This document shows, piece by piece, positions 25,281-39,025 of a stretch of DNA of 64,000 nt. Numbering within the stretch: position 1 is the first letter of the stretch; every line of letters begins with the position of its first letter. The stretch is taken from NCBI RefSeq assembly GCF_035084215.1, contig NC_090347.1, positions 22,382,001-22,446,000 on the forward strand, in the 5' to 3' direction. The notes below the pieces were generated by a model, which saw nothing but the letters and a program-made list of their open reading frames with translations, had not been told where the DNA came from and ran no database searches. This stretch comes from Heptranchias perlo. Lineage: Eukaryota. A program made the position numbers and the translations under genes.

Positions 25281-26029
25281 CTGCCGATTGCGTGTGTCGT
25301 ATCGCAGCATGTAAGCTTGTTGGGCCTAGAGGAAACACTCCTGCTTCTCTTCACCCAAAAGCAGTGCAATTAAGGCACTTACATGTTGACCCAAACCTTC
25401 TCGCCTCCTTTTACGTGGCGAAAATCAGAAGACCCGGTAATCCTGTCCCCCAGGGGTTAAAAATAAAACAGCTGTTAATATGGAGGCACGCAGCCTCCTT
25501 AAAAGATTTTACTGATTGACCCGCCTCCTGAGAGCGGATTGGTCGCCCGCCCCCCTCGATTAAAACCGGCAATGGGCGGGTTGGGAGCGAGTTCGGGTCG
25601 GGTTTTACATTTTTACAATTATCCCTATTATCTTGCTCAACATTATATTTAGACATACATATATGGGAAAATTGACACTTCTCTATCCGTGTTGTAAGAA
25701 GAAACTTTCTGAAGAGAGAACGCATCAGCAAAAAGGTTAATTTTAATCCCTTCTTTGTGAAGTTTGAGTGTGGAAGTTGAAAAGTACATGGATTACCCAG
25801 AGGGTTAATCATATAATTGGACTCTTTATGGTTTCTACTGACATTTCATCAATTACAATTTGACAAAGTACAAATGCTGAAGTTATTCTATTGATGTGGA
25901 AATTCAGTTATGTATGAAAGAAAAACTCTCCACTTTGTTTTCCTCAGATCACACAAACAAATTATTTTATTTTTGAAAAAGTGACCCTACCTTTATTTAT
26001 TTTCAGACATACCTACCTTGGTCAGCTCT

Positions 26030-26722
26030 CATAAAATCATAGAACGGTTACAGCACAGAAAGAGGCCATTCGACCCATCGACCCCATACCGGCTCTTTGT
26101 AAGAGCAATCCAGTTAGTCCCATTTCCCTGCTCTTTCCCCATAGCCCTACAAATGTTTTCCCTTCAAGTATTTATCCAATTCCTTCTTGAAAGCCATGAT
26201 TAAACCTCCTTCCACCACCCTTTCAGACAGCGCATTCCAGATCATAACCACTCGCCGCGTTAAAAAAAAGCTTTTCCTCATGTCGCCTTTGGTTCTTTTG
26301 CCAATCACCTTAAATCTGTGTCCTCTGGTTCTCGGCCCTTCCACCAATGGAAACAGTTTTTCTTTATTTACTTTATCTAAACCATTCATGATTTCGAACA
26401 CTTCGATCAAATCTCCCCTTAACCTTCTCTGCCCTAAGGAGAACAACTCCAGCTTCTCCAGTCTATCCACGTAACTGAAGTCCCTCATCCCTGGGACCAT
26501 TCTAGTAAACCTTTTCTGCACCCTCTCTGAGGCCTTCACATCCTTCCTAAAGTGCGGTGCCCAGAATTAGACACAATATTCCAGTTGTGGCCGAACCCAT
26601 TGTTTTATAAAGGTTCAACATAACTGCCTTACTTTTGCACTCTGTGCCTCTATTTATAAACCCCAGGATCCCATATGGTTTTTTAACCGCTTTCTCAACC
26701 TGTCCTGCCACCTTCAAAGATC
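26030..26722 (-). mobile_element. Canonical CR1 LINE 3' fragment (family B), young
   Basis: ERVQKRFTRMVPGMRDFSYVDRLEKL.LFSL..RRLRGDLIEVF...RTRGHRFKV...WNAL..., ending in a short microsatellite-type tail (cataaaatcatagaa). Confidence 0.93.
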
Positions 26723-29700
26723 CTCGAAACCTTATCCTCTAATTCAAACTGTTAAGGAAGGGTTGAAACAAGACGTGTAGACTAGCCTTTTCATCTCAGA
26801 ATCTCTGAGTTTTGTTTCTTATTACTTTTACTTAACTTTTTTTTAAAAAACGGTACTTGTGGCAATTGTGCTTCTGTAACCTCAGCTTCAAGCAAGTGAA
26901 ATTCATTTATTCTTCTGACTCTTTTGAAGGAGTTGCTGGTCATTAAAGTCACTGAAGCTCAAGTTACGAAGAAAGACAATTTGTTAAAAATGTGTGACAG
27001 AGGGTGCAGCACATTTCTGTTCCCATTGTGCTGCACCACAGAGTAATGCTTCATGGATATTGGGTTAGTGGTTGACTGACAAGATTTTGATTGGCATCCC
27101 AGAATAAAACGAATGCGATCACTATTTTATCTGTGCAGGTACTCACTTCTTGACTGAGTCCATTGTTGACATTGGCTGAGCAATTCTCAAGGCCTCAACC
27201 GTGCTGCCAATCCTGACATTTTGGTTCTTCTTAGGAGTGCAGGTAAGTGCTGTAAATTTATTATTTATCTTATCTGGAAAAAAAAGTGCTCATGGTAGGA
27301 GACATAAGAGATACGTTGCTCTGAGCCTTGCTTTCCCCCACAGCATTGTGTTCGTTCAGTTTTTCTTTCAATGCACTTCTTCAAGCTCAGCGACACGAAT
27401 CGTCTCCCAGTAATGCTAATTCAGCTTGTTCCAAAAGAACAAAACTCATGATATATTAAAAATTTGAGAAGTCAACAAGATCTGATTATAAATGATTCCA
27501 ACGTACAAGCAAATCGCTGACACAAACATCTTTACCAAATTCCACTTTGTGCCTGAGTTGGTCCATATGAAAGTCTGGTTTAATGGAACGTGTTTGTCTG
27601 TCTCAATTTGTTGTATGTAACTGTATTCTGTTTTTTCAGTCAACAACATTTCAGGTGGATGTATTCTCATTAATGGATAGTGCTGCTCTAAGTGGAATCT
27701 TTTCTGTTTTTGAACCCAAGGACAGTTTGTGTCACAGACTGGTTTTAATATTGTGAACCCTTAAACTGTCCTTAAACTTCAACCTAAGCAGTGTGTTTCT
27801 GTAGTTTTGTGACAGGTTCATTCTCTGTTCTCAATCTCTTGCCTAGGTTATAATGAAGGGACCAAGAAGGAGGACAGAGGATGATAGACAGACCGGGAGG
27901 ATAAAAGGCTAAAAGGAGTGAAGTAATTTGAATGACAGGAGATGAGAATCACAAACAAGAAACCAAAAGCTGCAAAGTAAGTTAGACAGAAAAACATAAA
28001 TTAGTATGAAAACTGCAAAAATTCCAGGTCATGGGCTATTCCAAATGTATCTGAAAGGATGGGGTGATAGGAATTATACATTTCTCACAACCCGCTGAAA
28101 AGAATGGATGTTGCAAGCCACGTCCTCTTTTCAATTACCCCAAATCAATGTTCGCGGTTCCTCTCCCTTCCTCCTCGTGGAATGTTCTGCACCATCCAGT
28201 CAAAAGCGAGCCATATTCAGCTGAATTGAAGCTAACTGACAGTTCTTGTCGCCACATCATTTGGATGAGATGGCAGCATTGGAATCACGAGGAAACCAGA
28301 TCCCACTGTCACATTTTGTTTCTCTGCTATTCAACTTCATCTTTTATTTGGAATATTATTTGGAATATTTCATCATTTTAGTAGATGTGATATGATCACA
28401 TCTGCAGGTTGTATCTGTAACCGCAAGCAATATTACTTCATTTGGATTGCTAAAATCCAGCTAAGCAGGCTGGCAACCTAGGAAACTGTCTCTTTAAAAA
28501 GAAACACGCTCGTCTTTTATGTTACTGAGACTTACACATCTGTAAAGATGCGATCCAAATAGTCCCCACTGGCAATGAGGCAGAAGCTACATTAGAGCTG
28601 GCTCATGCCCAGACTCTTATTAAAATCAACCCAGAAAAATTAGCACAGAGACTCAGAGGTTTCTCGAAAACACCTGCCAACTTCTAGGGTTAGTGGTGTC
28701 AGCAATTTAAGAAAACAAACAACATGCGGGACAGAATAAAATCCCAAACCATTCATCCTTACAAATGCATCACAAAGTTTTAATTGGAAAAATAACCAGG
28801 AACAGAGCCTCTAATCCTATTTTGTAAGCGGTTTAAAATTATATTAGTATGAAAAAATGTACAAATCCATTCCTGAGATTAGCTCATTAGGAAAGCTATT
28901 TGTAATGCTAAAGCAATCTGAGGGTTGTGGGTAATTGGGAGACTTTTCATCCGTCTGTGTTGATACAAATGGAAATGATTCGTAAAACCCTTAATATGAA
29001 TCACATCAGAAAAGGTTGCTTCATTGGATCACACACCAGGGTCTGTGAAGTTAAAATGAGTTGAAAGCAGGTGCAGAAAGGATGGCAAGACCTGTATTAT
29101 AAAAAAAGTCGGAATTGAAAAATATTGCTCGAGTTAGACATTCAATTTACTTTCTTAACTGCAAAATAGAAATATATGTTGTTCTACATAATATCAAGTG
29201 ACTTACACTGATTTATTTTTAAGACCAAATTACCCCATGGGGCAATTTAGAAGCAAGACTAAAAAAAGTGAAGCTCTCTGAAGAACAAGTTCAATTAAAA
29301 ACAATGGAAAATGCCTTTCGAAAGTCTACCTTTCTCCCAGAGAAGATTGGACAGAATTTTATAAAATACAAGTCACTGTAGCATAGAGGATTGTAAAGAG
29401 AATTATTTGAAAGACATGGCTTCAGTCTGTGTACACATGTAGGGTTTGTATATTCTTTCGTATTCCAGAGGCCCAACTGTGTGAACCTTTGCTGTATGCA
29501 ATTTAGTTGGTGCACGAATAGTTCCAACATGTTCCACACAGGAGGTTGGATGTGCAGAGAGGTGTGACAGAAGGGATGTAATACCGAGATATTCCTTGAT
29601 GATTTTATTAAGAAACGTTACAAAAGGAAACACTTATTTCAAGCACACTTTGTAGCCCAGGTTAATCTGTCAAATTTTGTTTGGCGTAGAAAAATTCATT

Positions 29701-30359
29701 TTTAAATTGCACAAACTAAATGAATCACAAATAAGCTGCTCAGTGAGTGACTGGATCACAAAAAAGCACGTTGCTTTCTTACTAAGAGGGACTGAAAATG
29801 TTTCATCTAGGGTGTTAAGGCTGTTAAGGCAATAACTGGTAACTATACGTGTTAATGAGTGCGTTATTTTCTGCTTTTCCACAGAAATTTCCTGTTGACA
29901 GTATATTTAGCCATCAAACGAAAACATATTCTCAATATTTTTTTAAGCTGCTTAACTAGCCAAAAATTAGGCCCTTGATCCCTGTGAGTTACCTTGGTGT
30001 AACCACACAATCATAACATTGTATAAATTGCCACATTCACTCAAGACGTCCAGGAAACCCAAACTTACAGAACAAAAGGTTAAAAGGGTCATGGATGAGG
30101 TGCTGAAGAATTGGGTTCCCATAAATTAACAGACCCCAGAGTTAAAAGAACAGCTGAGGAACAGATTTGTAAGCAAAAAGGCACAATTTTAAATTATCTT
30201 GGCAAGAAGTCAAACATGTTTTTTTCAAGTCAAAAAGATTTCAGAATAGTACACTGCATTCGACTGCCAGATTTGTGGAGGGAGGCACCATAGAAGGAAT
30301 CTATATATTCAGAAGGAATCTATATATTGAGACTAGACAGCTATAACCAACATTACCCC

Positions 30360-30490
30360 TTCGACCAGTAACACATTAATTGGTTATACATCTCATTGCT
30401 GATGCAGGGAATGGCTACAGCATTTGCCTACATAACAATTATCACTGCACTCAAAGTAATTCATTGTCTGAAGTGCTTTGAGACTGTCCA
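30360..30490 (+). mobile_element. Deu-SINE 3' fragment
   Basis: ctcattgctg...tttgcctacataaca...cactgcactcaaagtaattcattg...aagtgctttgaga matches the reverse complement of the 37351 and 61501 tails. Confidence 0.55.
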
Positions 30491-31269
30491 AATGAAAATA
30501 TAATTATTTATTTTTTATATGTGTATTAACTTCAAATTGACATCCATTGAACTGAGAACAGAAGTAAGTTTCTTCTCCAGGGAGGAGGCAGAAAACATTG
30601 GTGTCCTTGAGACTGATGTCTAAGTCAGTGACACTGTGTCATGTATCTGCCCCATTTCACAATATCTCACTGGGGAAGCTGATGTTTATGCTTCTTGCAC
30701 TAGGTTTATCACCAGCAGTAATGAGTAAAGGGCACAACAGAATCCTGCTTATTACCCAAATCTCATGTTGATTGGCACCAGTTATAATCCCAGTGTGGGA
30801 TATGATTGGTTTTATTCCTCTGTCAGTTTCAGGAAATGAAGTACAGTGCAAGCGGTTGAGATTCTTGTACCATTTGACAACTACTGTATTTTGATTTTAC
30901 TGGAACCACAGCAGGCTGCACCTGATCTAGTTCAGATTTAAAAGGAATTGAAGTCCAACAGTTAAGAGATTTCCGGATCTGGAGCTTGGATCATTTTTAG
31001 CCGCCTAACATGTGAACGTAGACTGCAAGTAGCTAAATACAGTACAGGCAATAAATGGATCTTTACGAGCTGGAATGCTGCACTGGACAGATCCAGCTCA
31101 CTTCAATCCCTGTTGTCAACACGTGCCCTGATCCTCAAGCGTATCAGCACTCAAGTGTGCACAAGTGGACAAACATATGCTCTCACATCTACAGCATAAG
31201 AAAATATGAAACTTTAACGTGTAAGTTAATGTGAAAGACTGAATAAAAAATAAAAAATTAGGCTGACAA

Positions 31270-31800
31270 CAGGATATAGTTGTTCTTTGATTTCCATTAA
31301 GGAAGACAACTTCTGCCATTGTATGTCCCTTGTCTTCCTTTGATAACATTTTAGGAAAAATGTCCTTGGATAAGGTTTTCTTTCAAAATGCAACTTGTGC
31401 ATCCAGCTCCACTTAGAACTTGGAAATTCAGGTACATCAGAAACTCTTTGTTGAGTGGTTATCTGCTGCTTCTTATCCTTCAAGAAATTGCTGAGTCTGA
31501 AAGCTCTCATTAGCAGTGTATCTATGACCTCCAGGATGAAGTTGGATATGGTGAGCTGTGAAGTACTTGAAAAATCACCCCCTGGAGCCTGGAAGATCCT
31601 CCACTGTAGAAACTCATGGTTGCATTGACCTTCGTAGCTACAGGTTGCACAACGGCAATCAAAGGGGATTACTCCAGGTCTAGATACTACTGATGGAATA
31701 GATCAGTGAGCACATTTCTGCTGAGGTGAAAACAATACAGACTCTGCTGCTCAGTCAATTGCAGATACTGTAACTATCTGAAGAGATAATGCCTCATCCT
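31270..31800 (-). mobile_element. Decayed PIF/Harbinger transposase
   Basis: YLQLTEQQ...LSRNVLTDL...PVATKVNATMSFYSGG...GDFSSTSQLTISNFILEVIDTL...EFP...KGHT, collinear with the other transposase relics. Confidence 0.75.
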
Positions 31801-32329
31801 CCAGATTCACCTTCCTCTGTTCACTTTTTGTCAATGTAAAACTAATATTGCCAAAATTGACATGATCATGAACTCATATAAAACCAAATTGTCAATCACA
31901 CTAAAGAAGCCTGTATGTACAAGTGGCATTAAACCTTCAAGTGTGGCTCAGCTGATGCTAGAATTTAAAGGACAAAAATAAAAAATTGCAGGTTAGTTTA
32001 TTTCAGTCAGATCCATCCTTTGATTGCTTTAACTAGTCTGTTGTTCATTGTGTGCTAATGCATTATGGCTATATTCAATTTACTGTGCAAAATATGAGTT
32101 GATGTTAATTATGCCAGTAAGGTTATCATTATGCCTTTAGGTCAGGGTGTCTAATATCCAACCCATGGGGCTCAGCTCATCCCACAAAATAGCTCCTCAA
32201 TGAAATATTATTGCTCTACCTCATCAGCTAGAGGCTGCATGATGCATCACTGGATTCATGTCAAGCACTTGGTGTGACATAATTTAATTGATGGTGCTGG
32301 CAAATGGAGCATCATGAATATCAGAGGAG

Positions 32330-33130
32330 AAATAAGAGTAACTACCTTCAATGTCAAGGCATTACTTGACCAAGTGTGTCACCAAGGAGCCCTAGCAAAA
32401 CTAGGGATGAATGGGAAAACTCTGCAGTGGCTAGAGTCATACCTGACACACAGGAAGATGGTTGTCGTTGTCAGATGCTAAATCATTGCAGCCCTAGGAC
32501 ACTGCTAGGCTCCCCAGGTCAGTGTCCTTAGCCCAATCATCATCTGCTGCTTCAGCAATGACTTCCCTCTGTCATAAGGTCAGGAGTAGGGCTGTTTGTT
32601 GACAATTCTATACTGTTCAGCTCCATTCACAACTCCTCTGATAGTGGCACAACTCATGCCAGCCTACATTATACATGGACAACATCCAGACTTGGGCTGA
32701 CAACCGGCAGGTAACATTTACGCCACATAAGTGTCAGGTAATGACCAACTCCAGCAATAAACAGCCTAATCACTTCCCCCAGCTTCAATAACACGACCAT
32801 TGCAGAGCCCCCACCATCAAAATCCTGGGGTCACTGATGACTAGAAGTTTAAATGAACCAGCCATATCAACATAATGGCTATGAGAGCAAGACAGAGACT
32901 GGCTACTTTGCAACAAGTGGCTCACCTCCTGACCCCTCTCTCTGCCATCTACAAGGTTCAAGTCAGGAGTCTGATGGAATATTTATCAATCACTTGAATG
33001 GCTGCAGCCACAACAACACTCAAAGAAGCTCGATACCATCCAGAACAAAGCCCACTACCACCTTCTCTGGGCAACTAGGGATGAACAATAAATGTAGCCT
33101 TGCCAGCGTTCAGAGAATAAATTTTTTAAA
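32330..33130 (+). mobile_element. Older diverged relative of LINE family A with an internal deletion
   Basis: Aligns by eye with 23940-24680 (caccaaggagccctag, ggacaacatccagacttgggctgac), then jumps to the 3' end (gggcaactagggatg...aataaatg). Confidence 0.85.
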
Positions 33131-33479
33131 ATGTGCAGGGCCAGAAATGACACCTACCATCCAATGGTGGCACCATTGAAAAGAGTGGAGGAGCAGGGCT
33201 TTGCATCAGTGTGAAAGTGGACTGAGCACAAGTACCAAATCAGCTGTCTCAGAAATGGGGTATTTTCAAAAGTAAAACAGACTAGGAACAACCTACATTG
33301 AAACACATGGATAATGCGATGAAAAAAATACAAAACTCCAAAGAACCTGGAGTGGGCTCAGGTTCATCTGGGCCACTATTGTCCATAGACCACTCGGATA
33401 AAGTGGGCCATCAGTGCAGCTAAAAGAAAAAAATCATCAGAGATCAAAAGGAAGCAATAAATCAATTGCGGAGAGGATT

Positions 33480-34195
33480 GGTCACAAGGAGATGAGAGAG
33501 GTGTAAGATAGAAAGATCACCAGAGTCAAATAAAATCAAAGTTAGGCCAAGGAAAAGAGATTAACAAGAGGGATCAGCTCAAAAAAGAGATAGAGAAAGG
33601 AGGAGAGAAAGAGGGGAAAGAATGAAAGAAGAAGAATGAGAGACAGAAGAAGAAAGAGAGAGAGAAGAAAGAGAGAGAGGGGAAAGAGAGAGAGAGGAGA
33701 AAGAGAGAGAAACAAAAGGATCAGCTAGAGACATACAGGACAAAAGAAAAAAAAAGAAAGAAGAGATTAACAGGATGGATCAACCAGAAAGAAAGATCAG
33801 CCAAGCTTGCAGGCTGATTCTAGTGCATAATATGTCTAGCCAGGAAGATGGGAGGGAGTTGAACAAGGATGGAATGTTGTGTCTTCCTGTGGTAGATCTT
33901 GAATGGAGGGGGAAAGCAAACCCGCTGAATTGCGTAATTGCTGCCTCCCTTGGCTGCAGAGCAAACAGGGGAGGTAAAAACACAATAATGTGAAAGGGGA
34001 AAAGAAAAAAGGAAAATGAAAAGAATGAGGGTAAAGGAGAAAGGGAAACAGGCAGACAGAAGTGAAAGAAGAGGAGGAGAAAGGGAGATAGAAGTAGAGC
34101 AGGGAGAGACCAAAAAGAAGGAAAGATAAACAGAAATAAAGGAGACGAGCATTTGAAGTGGAGCAGAGATAGAGAACTCCAACAAGTGCAAAATA
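33480..34195. repeat. GA/purine-rich low-complexity tract
   Basis: Long runs of ga/gaa/gga with few pyrimidines. Confidence 0.8.
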
Positions 34196-34227
34196 GACTG
34201 GGAGTTAGATGTATTTAATCATGATTA

Positions 34228-34855
34228 TGAAGGATGGCTAACGGGGATAAGAGACATGATAGTTCACTAATGTATAGTCGAAAATCATGTCGAACTTGTT
34301 TACAACACAAGAAGAGAATGGTTAAAATAGTTCTTACTGATTCGACGCTGACCTGTATTTTTCGATACAATAACATCTACGGTGGTAAACCACAGACACA
34401 GACATGAGCTTTGGGCTCTAACCACAACAATGTCTAGACCATGAGACAGACACCACATGGTTTGCTATCTGACTTAAATGAGGATTGGACAGATAGGCAG
34501 CTGAAGAACTGTTAACAAATCAAAAAGAACTATACATTATCGTGAAGTACACATGAACGCCTGTTTGAACTGTTTAAAAAAGGAACCTTGATTGTCTGAA
34601 GGGGAGAACTGAAGAGGAGAAGACACCGGTGCAACAACTAAGAACTCCAAGAAGACAATACGCCCAAGACCTGGGACTTGACCACCCTGTTGGGTTTGAG
34701 TATCACACCTGAGGGTAAGATTGTATTATGATTAACTCCTTGTTAACTGAAATCGCGTACAAATAACACATTAAGTTTTCAAAGCGAATTGACTTGTGTC
34801 AAGGACTGATAGTCCCTACGGGTCAGACGCCAAAAACTAAGGAAAAAACCCTGCA
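34228..34855 (+). mobile_element. Probable solo LTR (class I ERV or Gypsy)
   Basis: TG...CA ends (tgaagga...ccctgca, an imperfect inverted match) flanked by 4-bp ATTA at 34224-34227 and 34856-34859. Internal TATA-like tttaaaaa and more CpG than the flanks. Confidence 0.55.
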
Positions 34856-37350
34856 ATTATCAAAAATGACTGAATGCTGTATGACTGGCTCACTAGTTGC
34901 AGCACAGAGAACTGGTCCATCTTTCCAAAAGTTTAGGCACTTCTGTTGTAAGCAATAAAGTTGGAACATTACCCTCGGTAGGACAATTCCAGCACACATC
35001 ACCAATTAACCAGAGATCTGTGGAACTCACTGACTAATTGTGCAACAATCATTTGAATTATATGCGGTGCATACACTTAGACCATTATTTTGGCAGCTGC
35101 TACTTTCGGTGCATTGATTAGTTGGAACAGTCACTGGCAGGAGCTCTCCTACTACAACACGAACTATAAAAATCTCATAGAAATTGGACCAAAGCACTTC
35201 GGAAAGATAAAACAGATGCAATAAATTCCAGTTATATGCAATAAACCAGCTTGGTAGTAAAATGTATAAATAACCGTACGCATGTATAACAGGTAGGGAT
35301 CAGAATTCAGATTATTGAAAGATGGTGAGGTGGCGCAGCACCTTATGGTTGGAACCGATCTGCATTTGTGATGACTCCATATATTATATTGATATTCTTG
35401 GTCATGCCATCAGAGGCGAGTGCAATGCTTCCATGCAAGTCAAAATCAAGGGGACAATAAACTGAAGTCACTTTTATGTAGCTCCTAGCACCTGACTCGA
35501 GACAACCAAAGAAGGAGGTCATGGGGAGTTGGTCAGTTGGTGGGTGAGTGATGCATGGAAATCTAATGAGGGGTAAAAAAAAAATCAATAAAAAGCAGGG
35601 GTAGAATTACACAAAAAACATATGATTCTGACTATCATATTGGGTAAACTTAACGAAAAACTCGGGGGGAAGAAATCAAAGTCTAAGCACTGCTTACTTA
35701 CATGTCCAAAAAAAAAGATGTATGAGAAGGAAGTCCAAGTCATAAAAGTCTGGTTTTCAAAAGTTTAGAAGACCTTGTGCAATCCAAAATTAGTTTAGAA
35801 ATTTGGTCTTTGCAAACTCATTCTACTTCTGGACTTAACAAAATCAGTTCGGGTTTTAAAAGATCCAAAGGAATATCCATGTGAAAGAGAAATGCTCCAA
35901 AATTGCTCGGGCTGGAGAGAGTGGAAAGCTCGATTTGTACCCCCGGGGGTGGGGGTAGGAATTTGGGGTGGATATGCTTGTTCCACCCCACTTGCTGTAG
36001 TCATTTAGATTCTGGTGGGACTCTTCCACCCTCCCCCCATGTCGGAGGAGGGGGTTTTGTGGGGAGTCCCTGGGCTGTCATGGGATTTTCAAGTTTTATG
36101 CCCTCCATGGGCCTTAGCGTAACTTAAGCCAGTTAAGAACTAGCCTGTGTCCTCACTCGGGCCACTTGCTCCATTAGGAGCAGAAGACTGAAGAGGATAC
36201 TTTTTTTCAAGGGTTTTGCCAAGGTCCCTGTATACCATTGGAGCAGCATGGTACCAAGCTGGTGGTTCTGGGTGGGTGCTGCTGATTCACTAAGTCAGGC
36301 CATGCTAAAGACCCCATCCCTGCAATTCGGGATGGGTTGTGTGACTTGGGGCTAGGGCGAATGGGGGCACTGCTCCAACACACTTGCACTAGCAGAGCAG
36401 ACCCCCAGGTGTTTCGAGGCCTGTCACTATTTTGCATGGTAAATTAATGTTCATTTGCATTTGGTTTTTGCCTCCAAATTTTAATGACATTTGCTCTGTG
36501 TTTTTTGTGAATTTAGCTCTGTCTATATAGGAATGAGTTAGCCCTGTCACCAAAAGCAACTCTGGGGATTTAAAAGACTTCTGATAAAATTTGACGGCTG
36601 ATGGAAGTTTTATTTTGGTCTCTGTTGCTTTGCTAGGGAAAGGGCTACGAGGAGCTGGTTCTAGCAGTGTTTGTAAAGGTCATCTCCAAAATCAGTCTGA
36701 GAGAAATTTGAAGAGTGGTTGACTATGAAGGAGGATGGAGCTAAATAGCTCACCCTGAGGGAGAAACAATCAAGAGATGAGAAAAGGCATTTGTTTGGTT
36801 CCAACTTCTAAAGAACTGAATTGAGTCTGAATTACTAAACTTCCCCAAAGTTCAAGCTGAGGTGGACCTGCCTTCTTCACTGACTCCTGAACCAGTTGCT
36901 GTCCTGATGAGGGAAGTTTGTTCAAATCATAATGAGAATTTAAAGTAATTTGAGTGCCAAGTTAAAATCTATTTCACAGATGAATAGATGTACAGCAACA
37001 TAGCATAAATTATCTCTTCCCATCTACTTTGAATAGGAATGGGATTAAAAACATTGCCAAACAAGCGGAGACAGCTTGTACATAAGATAAAGTACATCTC
37101 AGACGGATAGCCTCCGTAAATTGTTGGGAAATAGATCACTCCCCCCGACCCCCAACACACATACACACACAACATATCTTCATCTTCAAGACCACGAGGA
37201 CAATTAGCACTTCAGATGGCCAGGACACTTTGGTCACTCCAGAAATATGAAAGGACAGTACCCAATATCTTCACAAAATTTAAACAAGAAATCATACGCA
37301 AATACCTGTTGTATTGACTAGAGTGTTTATACTTTTTGAAGAAAATAAAA

Positions 37351-37678
37351 GAACTTGCTTTAATATAGCAACATATCGCCTCCTTGGGACATTCCAAAGT
37401 GCTATACAACCAATGGATTACTTTTAAAGTGCTGTCACTTACTATATCAGCAAACATGGCAGCCCACTTATGCAAGGCACAATCCCTCAGGGAAGAATGT
37501 TGGCAAGGACATTTGGAGAACTCCCTTGCTCCTTTTCGAATGGTGCCATGGAATTTTTAACATCCATCTGCACAGTCATAAGGGCCCCAGTTTAATGTCT
37601 CATTTGAAAGACCTCTGATAGTACAGCACTGCGTTAGTACTGCACTGGAGTGTCAGCCTAGATTATGCTCTCAGGTCC
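37351..37678 (-). mobile_element. Deu-domain SINE (SacSINE1-like)
   Basis: agtactgcactggagtgtcagcctagatt and gtgccatggaatttttaacatcca match the reverse complement of the 964-1209 copy; has the L2-like tail. Confidence 0.8.
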
Positions 37679-38887
37679 ATAGTTTTTTTCACTAAATGGC
37701 GTTTGTTTTTGTCTAACCTAACTCTTTTTTGAAATGTGTGATTCCTCAGAATGTAATTTATTTAGCATTAAGGAAGAAAAGTCCAGTCAGTCAAGACACA
37801 CCTGTAATAATGACCCTTTAACACATCTCAAGCAGCTAATGAGCCACTTAATCAGTATAAATGTACCAACATTTGTTAATTCAGCTGTGCAGTATGCAAT
37901 TTTTGTAGTAAATGGTTTAGAGAAAATGGAGAAATTCCTGATTTACACAGGAGACCTTGCATGTGTTCCTGCTCGAGAAAGGTTTGAGTTCAGTAAACTA
38001 TTTTATGTTGGTGTTTGAGAGTCAACTAAACATCTCATATAAAAGGGGGGACATGATAGCTGAAAAGCATGTTTTAAATTATCTGCCAGTTTTGTGCTAA
38101 TTCCCCTCTCATCTGGGCTCCATACTTTACGTATTGTCTGAACTTCAGTCTTTGCAGTTCCTTCTCTCCTGATAAAATGCAATGAAATAAATGTACTGGT
38201 GGGCTTCTTCAAGTATGAAAGGAGGGTTTGTGATCCATTTTTCCATACAGTTCAGCATTTCCCATGAAGACCTGATTGCCACACTAATAGGCAGGCTTAT
38301 GTATCTTTAACTTTGAGAGTGAACAGATTTGTCTGGATTATGTTAGAATGTGTGCAGTGAATGCTGAAGAGAACTCCGTGACACACAGGTCAGGAGCTGG
38401 AATGTCGTCACTGTATTCTACTATTAGGAAAATTGGAGAGGTTTGAGTCTACCGTTCATTGGAGCCCAGCTTTATCAGCAAAAATAACAACCAAGCAAAT
38501 TGCTGAAATTATCCTCGTCATTCTGGATGGTAAAGTTTGTGCCAAGAGGTACTGCCGCACATTATCTTCAAAGATCACATCATCCATGATCTGTGCCGTT
38601 TTATAAGCTGATAAGTGCACTGTTCCATGGCAATCTCCATGCTTCGGGGGTTGAGAAGAAGGTGAAACTGCTTGGTGATCCTGTTGACAGAGTCATAATC
38701 AGATTGAATAGAACTGGCACTGGTTGGAGTCGAGAAACCTGTTACTCCCTTCCTCCCACCAAGAAAAAAAACATTGGTAGAAAATTAGATGGAATTTTGG
38801 AGTGACGTGGGATAAAAACATGGATTTGATTTGATTGTTTGTAATTAAAGTTAATAAAGAGGATGAAGGTACTGCTGAAAGCGGATA

Positions 38888-39025
38888 GGCCTAGAAATTT
38901 GGGAGCGCCTCTTGTTTGTCCTTCCCCAATATGGCGGGTGGCGCATTTCCAGCCCGCCATTTTGGGGCCTTAGGTGTCCACGTAGCACCTGAAAAACGGG
39001 AGCTGTGCAACCCAATTTCTAGGCC
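38888..39025. mobile_element. MITE, PIF/Harbinger type
   Basis: TIRs ggcctagaaatttggg / cccaatttctaggcc, with 3-bp TSD ATA at 38885-38887 and 39026-39028. Confidence 0.8.

Larger units (their letters stand above)
23645..25615. mobile_element. GC-rich non-autonomous repeat (probable Harbinger-type) interrupted by the LINE at 23780-25121
   Basis: Begins ggcctggatttt, like other Harbinger/MITE ends here. CpG-rich sequence of similar character lies on both sides of the LINE. Confidence 0.4.

Noticed and set aside
30292-30328. 19-bp tandem duplication (similar short ones near 53500 and 54990)
   Set aside because: Ordinary slippage-type duplications.
33820-34191. Hydrophobic 123-aa ORF resembling a membrane protein
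   Set aside because: It is the antisense translation of a GA-rich low-complexity tract.
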